Origin: Octopus bimaculoides
Lineage: Eukaryota
Reading direction: 5' to 3'
DNA length: 33,088 bases
Assembly: GCF_001194135.2 (NCBI RefSeq)
Contig: NC_068997.1
Span: 6,178,561 to 6,211,648, forward strand
Shown piece after piece: positions 11,100 to 21,033 of this stretch. Position 1 is the first letter of the stretch. The number at the start of each line of letters is the position of its first letter. The position numbers and the translations under genes were made by a program. Under the pieces are notes generated by a model. The model was not told the DNA's origin. It made no database searches and worked only from the letters and a program-made list of their open reading frames with translations.

Positions 11100-11660
11100 G
11101 ACCAAACTAACCAAAATCCAGGCCAGACGTGCATGCCTCATCACCCAATCGTACAGACCAACTTATGAAAAGATTCGCAGAAGAAACAGTCACGAGAAAT
11201 GAAATCCCCATGAAAGTATTGTACGACACATTTGAGGTGCCAACTCGCAAACAAATTGAAATTACACGTTCAAGTAACAGAAAAAGGAAAAGAACGGAAA
11301 TACTGGAATTAAACCCTAAGAGATATTAAAAACTCTGGACGGAGTTTAATTCCCCAAAAGGAGAGAAGTTACGGTAGGCTAACTCTCAAAAGAGGAGATG
11401 TTGTGGAAGGATTCCGGCCACCCCGATATGACTAAAAGTGGACTGACGCATTTCGATAAAATAAAGAACTGTCGAGTTAACAGTAGCAATTGATTGTGAG
11501 CAATTGATTGTAATTGTATGTGAGCAGTAAACAGCGAGCGTTGAACCTCGTGTAACAGTAATCGTATTGCGTCGTGTGAATACTTTCTTTCGTTAAATTA
11601 TTTATCCCTCACCAGGGCATAAAAATAATTAAGAGACATTCTTTTGTTATATGATCACAA
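11100..11660 (+). mobile_element. Probable 3' end of a Gypsy-type LTR retrotransposon (pol tail, PPT, start of 3' LTR)
   Basis: ORF 11129-11329 ends in a basic RSSNRKRKRTEILELNPKRY tail. Purine tract AAAAGAGGAGA (11388-11398) is followed immediately by TGTTG at 11399. The LTR end is uncertain. Confidence 0.55.
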
Positions 11661-12223
11661 AATCTAGGTGAAAAATTACTGTAAGCAATTAAGTAATTAA
11701 ATTAAAGTTTTGAATTTTTGTTGTGTCTTGAGAATTTTGAATTCTTCTTCTTCAGAATCGTAATCTTTGTATGTTTAAACGTGAAATTTCAAAAACAATT
11801 TTTTAAAAAGGGGTGTCTGGAGGTGGCAAATAAAAAAAATATGGGAAGCCCTTTATTTTTGCAAAATAAAAAAAAAATAGTAACCTCCATTATTTAAAAT
11901 GTAGGAATTCAAAGAGAATTCTGGCTCCTCCAAAGAAAAGGGAATGATAAGTTTAAAAACAATTTCACAAAATTAATTTACATGTTTAAGGGGAAAATCT
12001 GATCCTTATTAGCAAGCAAAGGAAATAACTAGGGATGTATCTCGGTGTTATTGGCCCTTTCCAGTAAAACTCAAATCCGCTTGGCAAATCGACAAAGATT
12101 TCACATATGAAATGAGTTACAATGACTTTCGGCTTGAGGTAATTTGCATAATTAGAATATATAATATAAAACTATAAAAACTAATTTGCATAATTAGAAT
12201 ATATAAAAATATAAAACAGGCCA

Positions 12224-12657
12224 GGTGCAGGCGTAGCTCTGCGGTAAGAAGCTTACTTCCAACTACATGATTCCGGGTTCAGTCCCATTGCGTGGCACTT
12301 TGGGTAAGTGTTTTCAACCATAGCCTTGAAATGACCAAAGCCAGAGTGGATTTGGTAGACGGAGACTGAAAAATACCCGTCGTGTATATATATATATNNN
12401 NNNNNNNGTGTGTGTATTTATTTATGTGTGTGTCTTTGTGTCTGTGTTTGACCTCCATTATCGCTTGACAACCGATGTTGGTGTGTTTACGTCCCCGTAA
12501 CTTAGCAATCTGGCAAAAGAGACCGATAGAATAAATACTAGGCTTATAAAGAATAAGTCCTGGGGTCGATCTCTTCGGCTAAAAAATACTTTTAAGGTGG
12601 TACTCCAGCAAGGCCGTAGTCAAATGACTGAAACAAGTAAAAACAAAAACAAAAACA
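12224..12657 (+). mobile_element. Full-length SINE family B with an internal (TA)/(TG) microsatellite
   Basis: tRNA-like head GCAGGCGTAGCTCTGCGGTAAGAAGC...CCGGGTTCAGTCCC; GTGGATTTGGTAGACGG; tail GTCAAATGACTGAAACAAGTAAAA; small N gap at 12398-12407. Confidence 0.92.
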
Positions 12658-12973
12658 GTGGTTTGCAAACAAGAAATATATAAAATAAAAACTAATTTGC
12701 ATAATTAAAATATATAATGTAAAAATATAGGAATTAGTTTGCATTATAAATGTATATAACAAAAATTATTGAAAGTAATGTCCCTAATTAAAATATTGGA
12801 TTAGATTGCTTGCGTTCAGACCAATGCAAGACGAAGGCTTCAGCACGTTCTCTCCATGAACCACGATCTCGTGCGGGCCGTGAATTTGAGCTCGAGATCA
12901 TTCTGGTTTGATGAGCCTACTTTGTCACACTGGCATGTCAGAGGAGTGCAGTTTTTATATTCTTACCCAGAAA

Positions 12974-13123
12974 TAAAGTCGGTTACATCGACTACAGTGC
13001 TCAACAGTACTTATTTTACAGATCCAGAAAGGATGACGGGCAAAGATGGTCTCGGCGGAATTTGAACTCAGGACGTAAGGACAGACGAAATACTACTTAG
13101 CATTTCTTCGATCGCACCGCCTT
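12974..13123 (-). mobile_element. SINE family A, partial
   Basis: CTCGGCGGAATTTGAACTCAG (reverse-complement B-box region) and terminal CACCGCCTT. Confidence 0.85.
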
Positions 13124-13547
13124 AAAATATTATAATAAAATAAAATATATAATAGGAAAATATAAAAGCTAATTTGCATAATTTTACTTTATAACACAAA
13201 AATATGAAGAGTAGATTATTAACCTTTCAATAACTTATTAAAGGGTTCTTGAGTTCTTAGTTTATGATAGTCTCTCATATATTGATATATGGTATAATAG
13301 AAGCTACTGCAATACTTTTCTAAAGGTTCCGTTTTAGAGACGTTTTGTTGCACACGCACACACACGCACACACATGCACACAGTTTTATTTTGTTCTATA
13401 AATCATATACATTTGATATGACATTTCTACATCCGTTAATTTTTCTGCACCCCGCCCTGTCGCTGTGTTTATTACAGCCAACCAATTCAATTCTTCAATT
13501 TTTTTTTTCACCTACATTGTTTTTAATAATTTTCGAGTGAGCAGAAT

Positions 13548-13640
13548 CGTTAGCCCACTGGGCAAAATGCTTAGCGGCATTTCGTCCATCTTTATGATCT
13601 GAGTTCAAATTCCGCCGAGATAGATTTTGTCTTTCATCGT
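13548..13640 (+). mobile_element. SINE family A, 5' half
   Basis: GCAGAATCGTTAGC...GGGCAAAATGCTTAGCGGCATTTCG...GAGTTCAAATTCCGCCGAG. Confidence 0.88.
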
Positions 13641-13688
13641 TTTGTATGTCTCTCTATTTGTCTATATCAATATATCTAGGAATATTTC

Positions 13689-13721
<33 letters not shown>

Positions 13722-14163
13722 GGTAACCCACTCAAACACACGACAATTTCAAATGCATGATTTCTTTACTTTTCTATTCAAATGTACGATCTATTTTGTA
13801 CTGAAAATAAGTCACCTTATTGAATAAACAATCCCTTCTATTTCGAGTGACTTTTGTAGACTAAAAATTTTATCTTCGCTTTTGCAAATATAATTCTGAA
13901 TAGTGTTTCAACCAGTTTGCTTTTACAAAACACCCACCCATGCTCACCGATATTTTTAACCTGTTCTACTCCATTTTAATTTCCTTTCGAATCTCATTAT
14001 TCCCTGAAAAATCTAGAACAATGCCAGATAAGGTTACCTTTTTGACAAAATCGTGGCCACTTCAATGTTTTAGCTGAGACATCTACAATCCGATAAAAGC
14101 GAAAGCTTTTGATAAAAATGAAAGCGCGACTTTTGACGTCATATATAATTTTTTATACATTAT

Positions 14164-14442
14164 ATTTCCTTCTACTATAGGTACAAAAGTACGGCTTTGT
14201 CGATTACATCAATTTCAGGAGTGGTCGATTACATCAACTTCAGGAGTGGTCGATTACATCGACTTCAGGAGTGATTAATCGTTTACATCGACCTCAGTGC
14301 CCAAATGGTACTTATTTTACCGGCTTCGAAAGGATGAAAGGTAAAGTCTACCTCGGCGGAATTTGAACTCAGAGCGTAAAACCAGAAGAAATGCTGTTAA
14401 GCATTTTGCCCGGCGTGCTAATGATTGTGCTAGTTCGCCGTC
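14164..14442 (-). mobile_element. SINE family A with a 25-bp internal tandem x3
   Basis: Reverse-complement head GCATTTTGCCCGGCGTGCTAA; GTCGATTACATC(A/G)A(T/C)TTCAGGAGTG at 14199, 14224 and 14249. Confidence 0.9.
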
Positions 14443-14469
14443 TCATGTTAAACACATATATTGAGTGAA

Positions 14470-14620
14470 ATGAATAGGCATTGTGTGGTTAAGGGTTCGC
14501 TTCGCAAACACGAGATTTATGGTTCGGTCCGACGATGCGGAACATTGGCAAGTGTTTCTTATGTAACTCGGGTTGAACATTATTCTTATAAGTGAATTTC
14601 ATGGGAAGCAACATTTCAGA
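14470..14620 (+). mobile_element. Degraded SINE family B-like head
   Basis: TGTGTGGTTAAG...GGTTCGGTCC...TTGGCAAGTGTTTCTT pattern. Confidence 0.55.
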
Positions 14621-14745
14621 AGTCTGCTTTTGCTATGCATGTATATATTAACTCATTAAAACACGTGTATATTATTTTTTAAAAATCGTTTATAAAACTA
14701 TAAAACTATTAAAAGAATTATCAAATACGTTTTCTGCATTTCTCA

Positions 14746-14779
14746 TTACATACATACATACATACATACATACACACAC

Positions 14780-14810
<31 letters not shown>

Positions 14811-14960
14811 ATCATTTGTAACTATGAGATTAAACTATAGATGATAGCGTGTAAATATTGGTTTAAAAAACCCAACATGCACGCATACATACATGCATGA
14901 ATGCATGCATACATACATGAATGTCTGTCTGTCTGTCCGTCTGTCAGTATGTATGTATCT
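14746..14960. repeat. (TACA)/(CA)/(ATGC)/(TGTC) microsatellites
   Basis: Seen directly. Confidence 0.92.
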
Positions 14961-15235
14961 TTTATTCGTTTCCTTTACTTGTTACAGTCATTTGAGTGCC
15001 GCCATGCTGGAGCACCGCCTTTAGTCGAACAAATCAACCCCATGACCTATTCTTTGTAAGCCTAATACTTATTCTATCGGTGTCTTTTGCCGAACCGCTA
15101 AGTTACGGGGGACGTAAACACACCAACATCGGTTGTCAAGCGATGGTTGGGGGTGGGGGTGGACAATAGAAGATACCTGCTCGAGGTGCCACGCTGTGGG
15201 ACTGAATCCAGAACCATGTGGCTGAGAAACAAGCG
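14960..15235 (-). mobile_element. SINE family B, internally deleted
   Basis: CAGTCATTTGAG..CCATGCTGGAGCACCGCCTTTAGTCG tail; GGTGCCACGCTGTGGGACTGAA head (reverse complement). Confidence 0.88.
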
Positions 15236-15337
15236 GAACCCCAGCATGACCACAGGCCAATGACCGAAACGGAGTCGTGAAAGGACTGGTTGGAGGCCCA
15301 AACGTCCGAGTTGTTTTACAGGGTTTAGAAGAACTGA

Positions 15338-15354
15338 ATACATACATACATACA

Positions 15355-15420
<66 letters not shown>
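15338..15420. repeat. (TACA)n(TA)n microsatellite
   Basis: Seen directly. Confidence 0.97.
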
Positions 15421-15423
<3 letters not shown>

Positions 15424-16203
15424 AAATAATAAATGAGTATATGCATATATACGTACAGGTGTGTGCATACCTACGTCTACCTGTATATATAGGTGCATAT
15501 CTGGGTACAGGACATTGCAAACAAAACGTAGACAAGAAATAATAATAACCAGAGTACAGAAAACACACAGGCCACATAGAGAACATTTTCCTTCCGGAGG
15601 CTATGGTTGACACCAGTCACTCAAAGTGCCACGCGGAAGGCTCGAACACACAATTAAGGGTCTGCGAATCGAACTTCTTAAGCACTCATTCTTGCACCAC
15701 TTAAGGCCAGCCACATATAACCGATTTGGAGCGGGAGAGTAGAAGGACGAGCGGCAATTATGAGGTGAAGAGGTCAGTGTATATTAGAGATATTTCCATG
15801 AATCTATGTCAGTATTAGAGAAGTATCTGATGTCTGTAACTAGAGCAGAAATAGCGACTGAGAAAAGTGGAGACGAAGCTTTAACTAGTCTCGTCTAGTT
15901 ATTACCGCTTCAGTTATTTCAACTATGTCAAGCTTTGCTGAATCATGTACGTGCGTACGCACATGTACACACGCATGAATATTCACACACGCGCGCGCGC
16001 GCACACGACTGTATAATGATATATAATGATATATCATAATATTTATTCTTTTAATTTATGTTTCCTTCTACTATAAGCACAAAAGTACGGCTTCAGGAGT
16101 GGTTAGTCGATTACATCGACCCCAGTGCAATTTTTAAATTCAAACAAATGACCGAAAGATGATAAGCTAACCCAAGCAGAATCGAACCCGCAAATCAACT
16201 CTT

Positions 16204-16538
16204 ACACAGCTTTTTGCACATCCGATTGGCCAAACGCTCACCCATCAATTTCAGTCAAATTTAGCTAATATATACTTAAACTGTCTAATTCTACATACAA
16301 TATTTATAAACAAACCCGAAAGGCTTTGTAAGTTACGGAGAGAAAACAACTATGCAAAGCTACTATCAAAAACTCATACTATGAGTCTTTCATAGCTTTC
16401 TCTCTGTAACTTACAAAGCCTTTCAGGTTTGTTTATAAATATCATATGCAGTATTAAACAGTTTAAGTATGTATTAACTAAAATTAACTGAAATTGATGG
16501 GTGAGCGTTTGGCCAATCGGATGTGCAAGGAGCTGTGT
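16204..16538. mobile_element. Fold-back element 2: 335-bp near-perfect palindrome with essentially no spacer
   Basis: Centre ACTCATA-C-TATGAGT at 16372-16386. Arms match out to ACACAGC/GCTGTGT with mostly transition mismatches and a small duplication in the left arm. Confidence 0.92.
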
Positions 16539-16739
16539 CTCGAGTACTATTTGGGTACAAAGATAGACAGACAACAAATGTGGGGTTTAGATATAATGAA
16601 ATGAAAGAGAATATATATATAAATGTATAGAAAGTATCCACAGTATAAAATAAGACAGTGAAGGGAAGCGTACATAATGTACAACAGTAAAAAAAAAATC
16701 AAATTTAAAAATAAATAAAAGGGAAAGAAAGATGATGAT

Positions 16740-17125
16740 TGTGATGTGGCCCTCCTACACAGGAGGGCCTCAAGGGATAATCAAGGAACCCCACCGTTCA
16801 AAATCTTCCTGAACCTTAAGGGCAGGTGCCCACTCCAAATCTATTCTCCGACTCACAGAGTACCATCTACTCTTACCATTTTCGCTACACTCACCCACCT
16901 TTCAATAAATTCACTTGAGGACAGCACCTTCCTCTCCATCCTCACTTTCCTTTTCAAGTGAAACTGGAAAAAGTCCATAAGGGCTTTACCGAGGAGGAAA
17001 GTCTCTGTCTTCATGCCTTTCCGCCTCGTCCACCAGACCTCTTTCGCTACCGCCACTAGGCAATGGAAAACTGCCTTACTCGACCGATTAAAGGAAATCG
17101 TTGGGGTAATCCTCACTATGTCTAT
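16740..17125 (-). mobile_element. 3' end of an L1/Tx1-like LINE (ORF2 C-terminus plus 3' UTR)
   Basis: ORF 17116-16853 (...AVAKEVWWTRRKG...FFQFHLKRKVRMERKVLS...RWVSVAKMVRV) resembles the Tx1-clade ORF2 C-terminus (recognised from memory). About 110 bp of UTR with a terminal hairpin. Confidence 0.6.
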
Positions 17126-17212
17126 GGCCAGACATTAAAATCATTGAAAGGAGGAGAGAGTTATAAGTATCTAGGAATGTTAGAATCGGAGAGAGTACTA
17201 ACTACAGAAATG
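17126..17212 (+). mobile_element. R4/Dong-like LINE RT micro-fragment
   Basis: Translates GQTLKSLKGGESYKYLGMLESERVLTTEM, the YKYLG(I/M)LE motif of RLE-type RTs. Confidence 0.75.
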
Positions 17213-17444
17213 GGCTGTAAATAATTGAGTAGTATCACTACTTTATTTCATTAAATTCGCCATTAACGGCGTTACATAGAGGGGATAAACAAAGACAAAC
17301 AGACATAAAGTAGCTGCGGGCTGGACATGGACATTAATGAGATGAGGGTGATAAGGATGAAACAAATAATGAGAGAGATACCAACGCCCGCCGACTGATA
17401 ACTCATCGAAAACATTGTTCCTTTTTTTCTTTAAAAAAAAAAGA

Positions 17445-17565
17445 ACCTTATTTAGCTCACGATCTTACGATCGTGAGTTCGATTCTCGGCGGCGCGTTGT
17501 ATCCTTGAGCAAAACACTTTATTTCACGTTGCTCCAGTTCACTCAGCTGGCAAAAATGAATAGTA
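17445..17565 (+). mobile_element. SINE family D fragment
   Basis: CACGATCGTGAGTTCGATTC...CTTGAGCAAAACACTT.AT.TCACGTTGCTC is shared with 21552-21780. Confidence 0.75.
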
Positions 17566-17570
17566 CATGT

Positions 17571-18025
17571 AAAAGCGGTGAGCCGGCAGAATCGTTAGAT
17601 CCCCCTCCCCGGGCAGAATGCTTAGCAGCATTTCATCTGTCTTAATGTTCTGAGTTCAAATTCCGCCGAGGTTGACTTTGCCTTTCATTCTCTCGAGGGG
17701 TCGATGAAGTAAGTGCCAGTTGAGCACTAGGATCGATGTAACTGACTAACTACTACCCACCAAAATTTGGACCTTGTGCCGAGGGTAGAAAGGATTGTTA
17801 TTGTTATTGCTGCTATTATTTCGTTAAATGTCGGCCAAAATACCTTACAGTATCTAGTTTACAGCTCTTTAGTCTTGAGTTCAAACTCTACCGCGGTCAA
17901 CTTTGCTTTTCACATTTCCTGCGTCATTAAAATAAATTACTAGCCATATGACTAGATGACGATCTAATTGCCGTCGAGTATCCCTCCCCAATCAAAATTT
18001 TTTTGCCTCGCACTTATATGAGGAA
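17571..18025 (+). mobile_element. Two tandem SINE family A copies (17571-17795 near full length; 17825-18025 degraded)
   Basis: GCAGAATCGTTAG head, GAGTTCAAATTCCGCCGAGGTTGACTTTGCC and CCTTGTGCC tail. The second copy has GAGTTCAAACTC...GGTCAACTTTGCTTTTCA. Confidence 0.85.
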
Positions 18026-18059
18026 ATCGTTATTATAAATATTGTTCTTGTGTATGTGT

Positions 18060-18126
18060 TTGGTTGTGCGTGTGTGTGTGTGTGTATAAATACATGCATA
18101 TATGTATGTGTGCTTGTATGTACATA

Positions 18127-18222
<96 letters not shown>

Positions 18223-18260
18223 GACACATTTATGCATACATATGTATGTGTATGTGTGAA
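18060..18260. repeat. (TG)n/(TA)n microsatellite block
   Basis: Seen directly; source of the YIYIYI ORFs. Confidence 0.98.
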
Positions 18261-18676
18261 CGCGTGTGTATATGCCTGAGCGAATGCCTAAGTATCTCTA
18301 TTAGTTTATATGCGCGTGTAGATTACATATTTCCTATCCACTCCCATTGGCGTTCATTTTTGAAACATCCCAACAGACACACCTTTGTTACTGTCTGAAG
18401 CCTAGTTTCATGTTGTTGTTGTCTTATCTGCTCTCTGTTTGCCTCTCTTTCTGTCTTTCTCTCTGCTTCTCTCTATTTCTCCTTCTTTCTCCCCCTCTCT
18501 TTCTGTATCTCCCCCTCACAACACTTTTCATCTATATTTCTGTCAACAATTAATCCCTCTGTCTTTCATAATTAGCCCTACTTTCTTTGAGGCTTACCCA
18601 ATTACTTTTTGCTTACTCCACTCTCTTTTATGACATTGGCCCACATTCTATAAAGTTTTTCCCCCCACTCTTACAG

Positions 18677-18723
18677 AGACAGTATTTACCAACGTTCTCG
18701 GAGTTTAGCCTACCATCTCTTAG
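18677..18723 (+). CDS. Candidate 47-nt internal exon of an unidentified host gene
   Basis: Acceptor GTTTTTCCCCCCACTCTTACAG and perfect donor AG|GTAAGT. Two of three frames are open: RQYLPTFSEFSLPSL or DSIYQRSRSLAYHLL. Product not recognised. Confidence 0.55.
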
Positions 18724-18784
18724 GTAAGTCTATTCTCTTTCAAAATTATTAACAATGTTAATGAGATTTCTTCACAGCCTCTGG

Positions 18785-18990
18785 TCTCTGAGGTTGCTCT
18801 CTGACAGGTTTATGGTCGAGCCTGTGACAGTAGACACCTCCGGCGTTCTCGGACCCCGGACCATATCCCTGCTCATCGCTATCGGGGCCGAGATGGCTAT
18901 CCACAAGTGCGAGCCTTGTAAGTCAGAGTGGCTGTTCCAGCGCATCTCCCTCGCCATCACCTTTTCCATCTTATCAGCTGGGATCACGAG
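18785..18990 (+). mobile_element. CRE-like non-LTR retrotransposon, C-terminus of the restriction-like endonuclease
   Basis: EPVTVDTSGVLGPRT.SLL.AIG...EWLFQRISLAI matches the CRE-type F.P.A.ET.G..G...QR.S.A..RGN pattern; RGN is deleted. Confidence 0.75.
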
Positions 18991-19404
18991 GGGTCTGAAT
19001 TGCCGAAAATCGAGGGAATGTAAGAATTTCGTAGCTTCATTCTCTGTTCTTTCTTCTTTCCTTTCTTTTTCTTTCGGTTTCATTGCGCGTACATTATTTA
19101 GAATTTCATTACACACTTAATCATCCGGTTGTAGAAGTTCTTTTTCCTCTTTCCATGGCCCTTCGAACTCTTAAATATTACATTTTTCCAAGCTGGTTAA
19201 TCCCCTTCTTCCTTCCAAGATTAGCCCGATCTTTCGGAGACAACCTGCGGACGCCTATGACTATATTCATTCACCCATAACCTCCTAATTTCCATGATTA
19301 ACTGCAAACTGTTGAACTATGTCGCTGTCTTGTAGTAGAGTTCGTGGTGTCATCACTGATAGCATATAACTGATATTACGGTTAGCCCTCTGTTTCACTG
19401 TTTA

Positions 19405-19630
19405 ATGTTGTTGTTGTTGTAGTGGTGGTGGTGGTGGTGGCGGCTGCTGTCGTTGTGATGATGTTGTTGATGTTAGCCCTGGTCAGCTCTGATTAAGCAG
19501 ACTTATAATGAAAGACGTTCCAATCATGATCATCCATTCGACACAATGTATCTTGGACGATAGAACCCGATATGTAATTCTTCTTTTTCTAAGATAGCAG
19601 AATAATTTTGAGGAAGATTTGGCTATTGTT
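19405..19630 (-). mobile_element. Family C SINE-like repeat with (GTT)/(GGT) triplet tail
   Basis: Reverse complement reads ATGATCATGATTGGAACGTCTTTC...GTCTGCTTAATCAG...AACATCAACAAC. Confidence 0.7.
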
Positions 19631-19631
19631 T

Positions 19632-20061
19632 CTGGTATTCCTACAGATGTGTACCCCATACTTTGTTTCCACATAACCTCTAGAAAAATGGATATTTAAG
19701 AAAAAAATTGTTTACGAATACGCTTCGGATGATATATTTTCTGATTATATTGGAATTTATTGTAAAAAAGTTTTTCTGTGGGTGGGAAGAGGAGTTTCGG
19801 ATAATTCACACGGGTTGGCTTTGTTTCCTCATAACTTTCAGAAATATTTTTTTTTATTCTTGTATTCTTTTACTTGTTTCATTCATTTGACTGCGACTAT
19901 GCTGGAGCACTGCAGTAAAGGATTTTAGTCGAAGAAATTGACCCCAGGACTTATTCTCTGTTAGCCTGTTAATTATTCTATCGGTCTCTTACGGGAGATC
20001 TAAACACACCAGCATCGGTTGTCAAGTGATGTGGGATGGAGACAAACACAGACGCATACAC

Positions 20062-20113
<52 letters not shown>

Positions 20114-20460
20114 GTTGTTACTATGTATGTGTACGAGCCCACCACATTAAAAAAAAATTAGTTCCCAATGCAATAGTAGTCAATACACGCTGAAAGATGT
20201 TTATAAAAAATTTCATTAACATAAAATTACCCATTTTTCTGAAAGTTATGAGTAAAGGAAGTCGTCGCGTGTGAATTTTCTGAAACTCCTCACCCAACTC
20301 ACGGAAAATAGTTTTCACTACATATTCCGATATAATCAGATTCTACACTCTCTGAAGCATATTCGTAGAAAATTTCATTAAAAGCTATCCATTTTACTGG
20401 GAGTTATGAGGCAACAAAGTCATGGCGGGGTGGGGGGTACACATCCGTAAGAATGCCCTG
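19632..20460. mobile_element. Old long-TIR MITE (fold-back element 3) with a nested SINE B and (TA)n
   Basis: 19632-19846 and 20229-20460 are diverged reverse complements. Each arm carries two CTTTGTTTCC.CATAAC subrepeats. Right terminus CAGGGCATTC (reverse complement). Confidence 0.8.
19862..20112 (-). mobile_element. SINE family B, 3' half, plus (TA)n
   Basis: TTTTACTTGTTTC..TCATTTGACTGCG..ATGCTGGAGCAC tail. Confidence 0.88.
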
Positions 20461-20689
20461 TTTCTAGAATTATGGACTACCATTGTAGAGGTTCCTTATT
20501 TGACTCAAGTATGCAACGTAGAGGTTCAGAGTTCACACTACAGCAAGATGAAATCTTGGAAACTATATTATATCACCTGTTTACAGAGGAGGTCAATTAG
20601 GACAGGTCGACGTGACTTAATAAATCACCGATAAAATGTTCTCACCTTTTCTTTCTTCCCCACCTCTTCCTCTGTGTCTTTCTGCCTGC

Positions 20690-20727
<38 letters not shown>

Positions 20728-20772
20728 GTCTGTCTAAATGTCTGCCTTTATACATGTGTATACTTACATTAG

Positions 20773-20819
<47 letters not shown>

Positions 20820-20840
20820 CATTTGTGTGTGTGTGCATGT
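20690..20840. repeat. (TATC)n and (TG)n microsatellites
   Basis: Seen directly. Confidence 0.95.
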
Positions 20841-21033
20841 GGCTTTATGTACAGTCATACATACAGTGAAATATTAAACTGATGGATGTAAGTAGGGTAT
20901 CAAAAGCAGAGCCCGTGATCTAAACGAATTTGTACGCTGAGTAAGTGCTATTGTTTGGTCGTCCGTTTGGTTCCAAGTTCACAGCTGAAGCTGGATTTAG
21001 GGATACGTATTAGGGTTCCGTTATAGCAAGTAT

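Larger units (their letters stand above)
12140..13205. repeat. AT-rich ~42-bp tandem array containing TAATTTGCATAATT, split by SINE insertions
   Basis: Exact motif at 12140, 12182, 12693 and 13170; variant at 12735. Confidence 0.75.

Noticed and set aside
13948-14003. Minus-strand 56-nt segment with a TTTTCAG acceptor and G|GTGAGC donor
   Set aside because: All three frames contain stop codons.
14199-14290. 25-bp repeats as a CRISPR-like array
   Set aside because: Units are contiguous with no unique spacers and derive from a SINE tail in a eukaryotic context.
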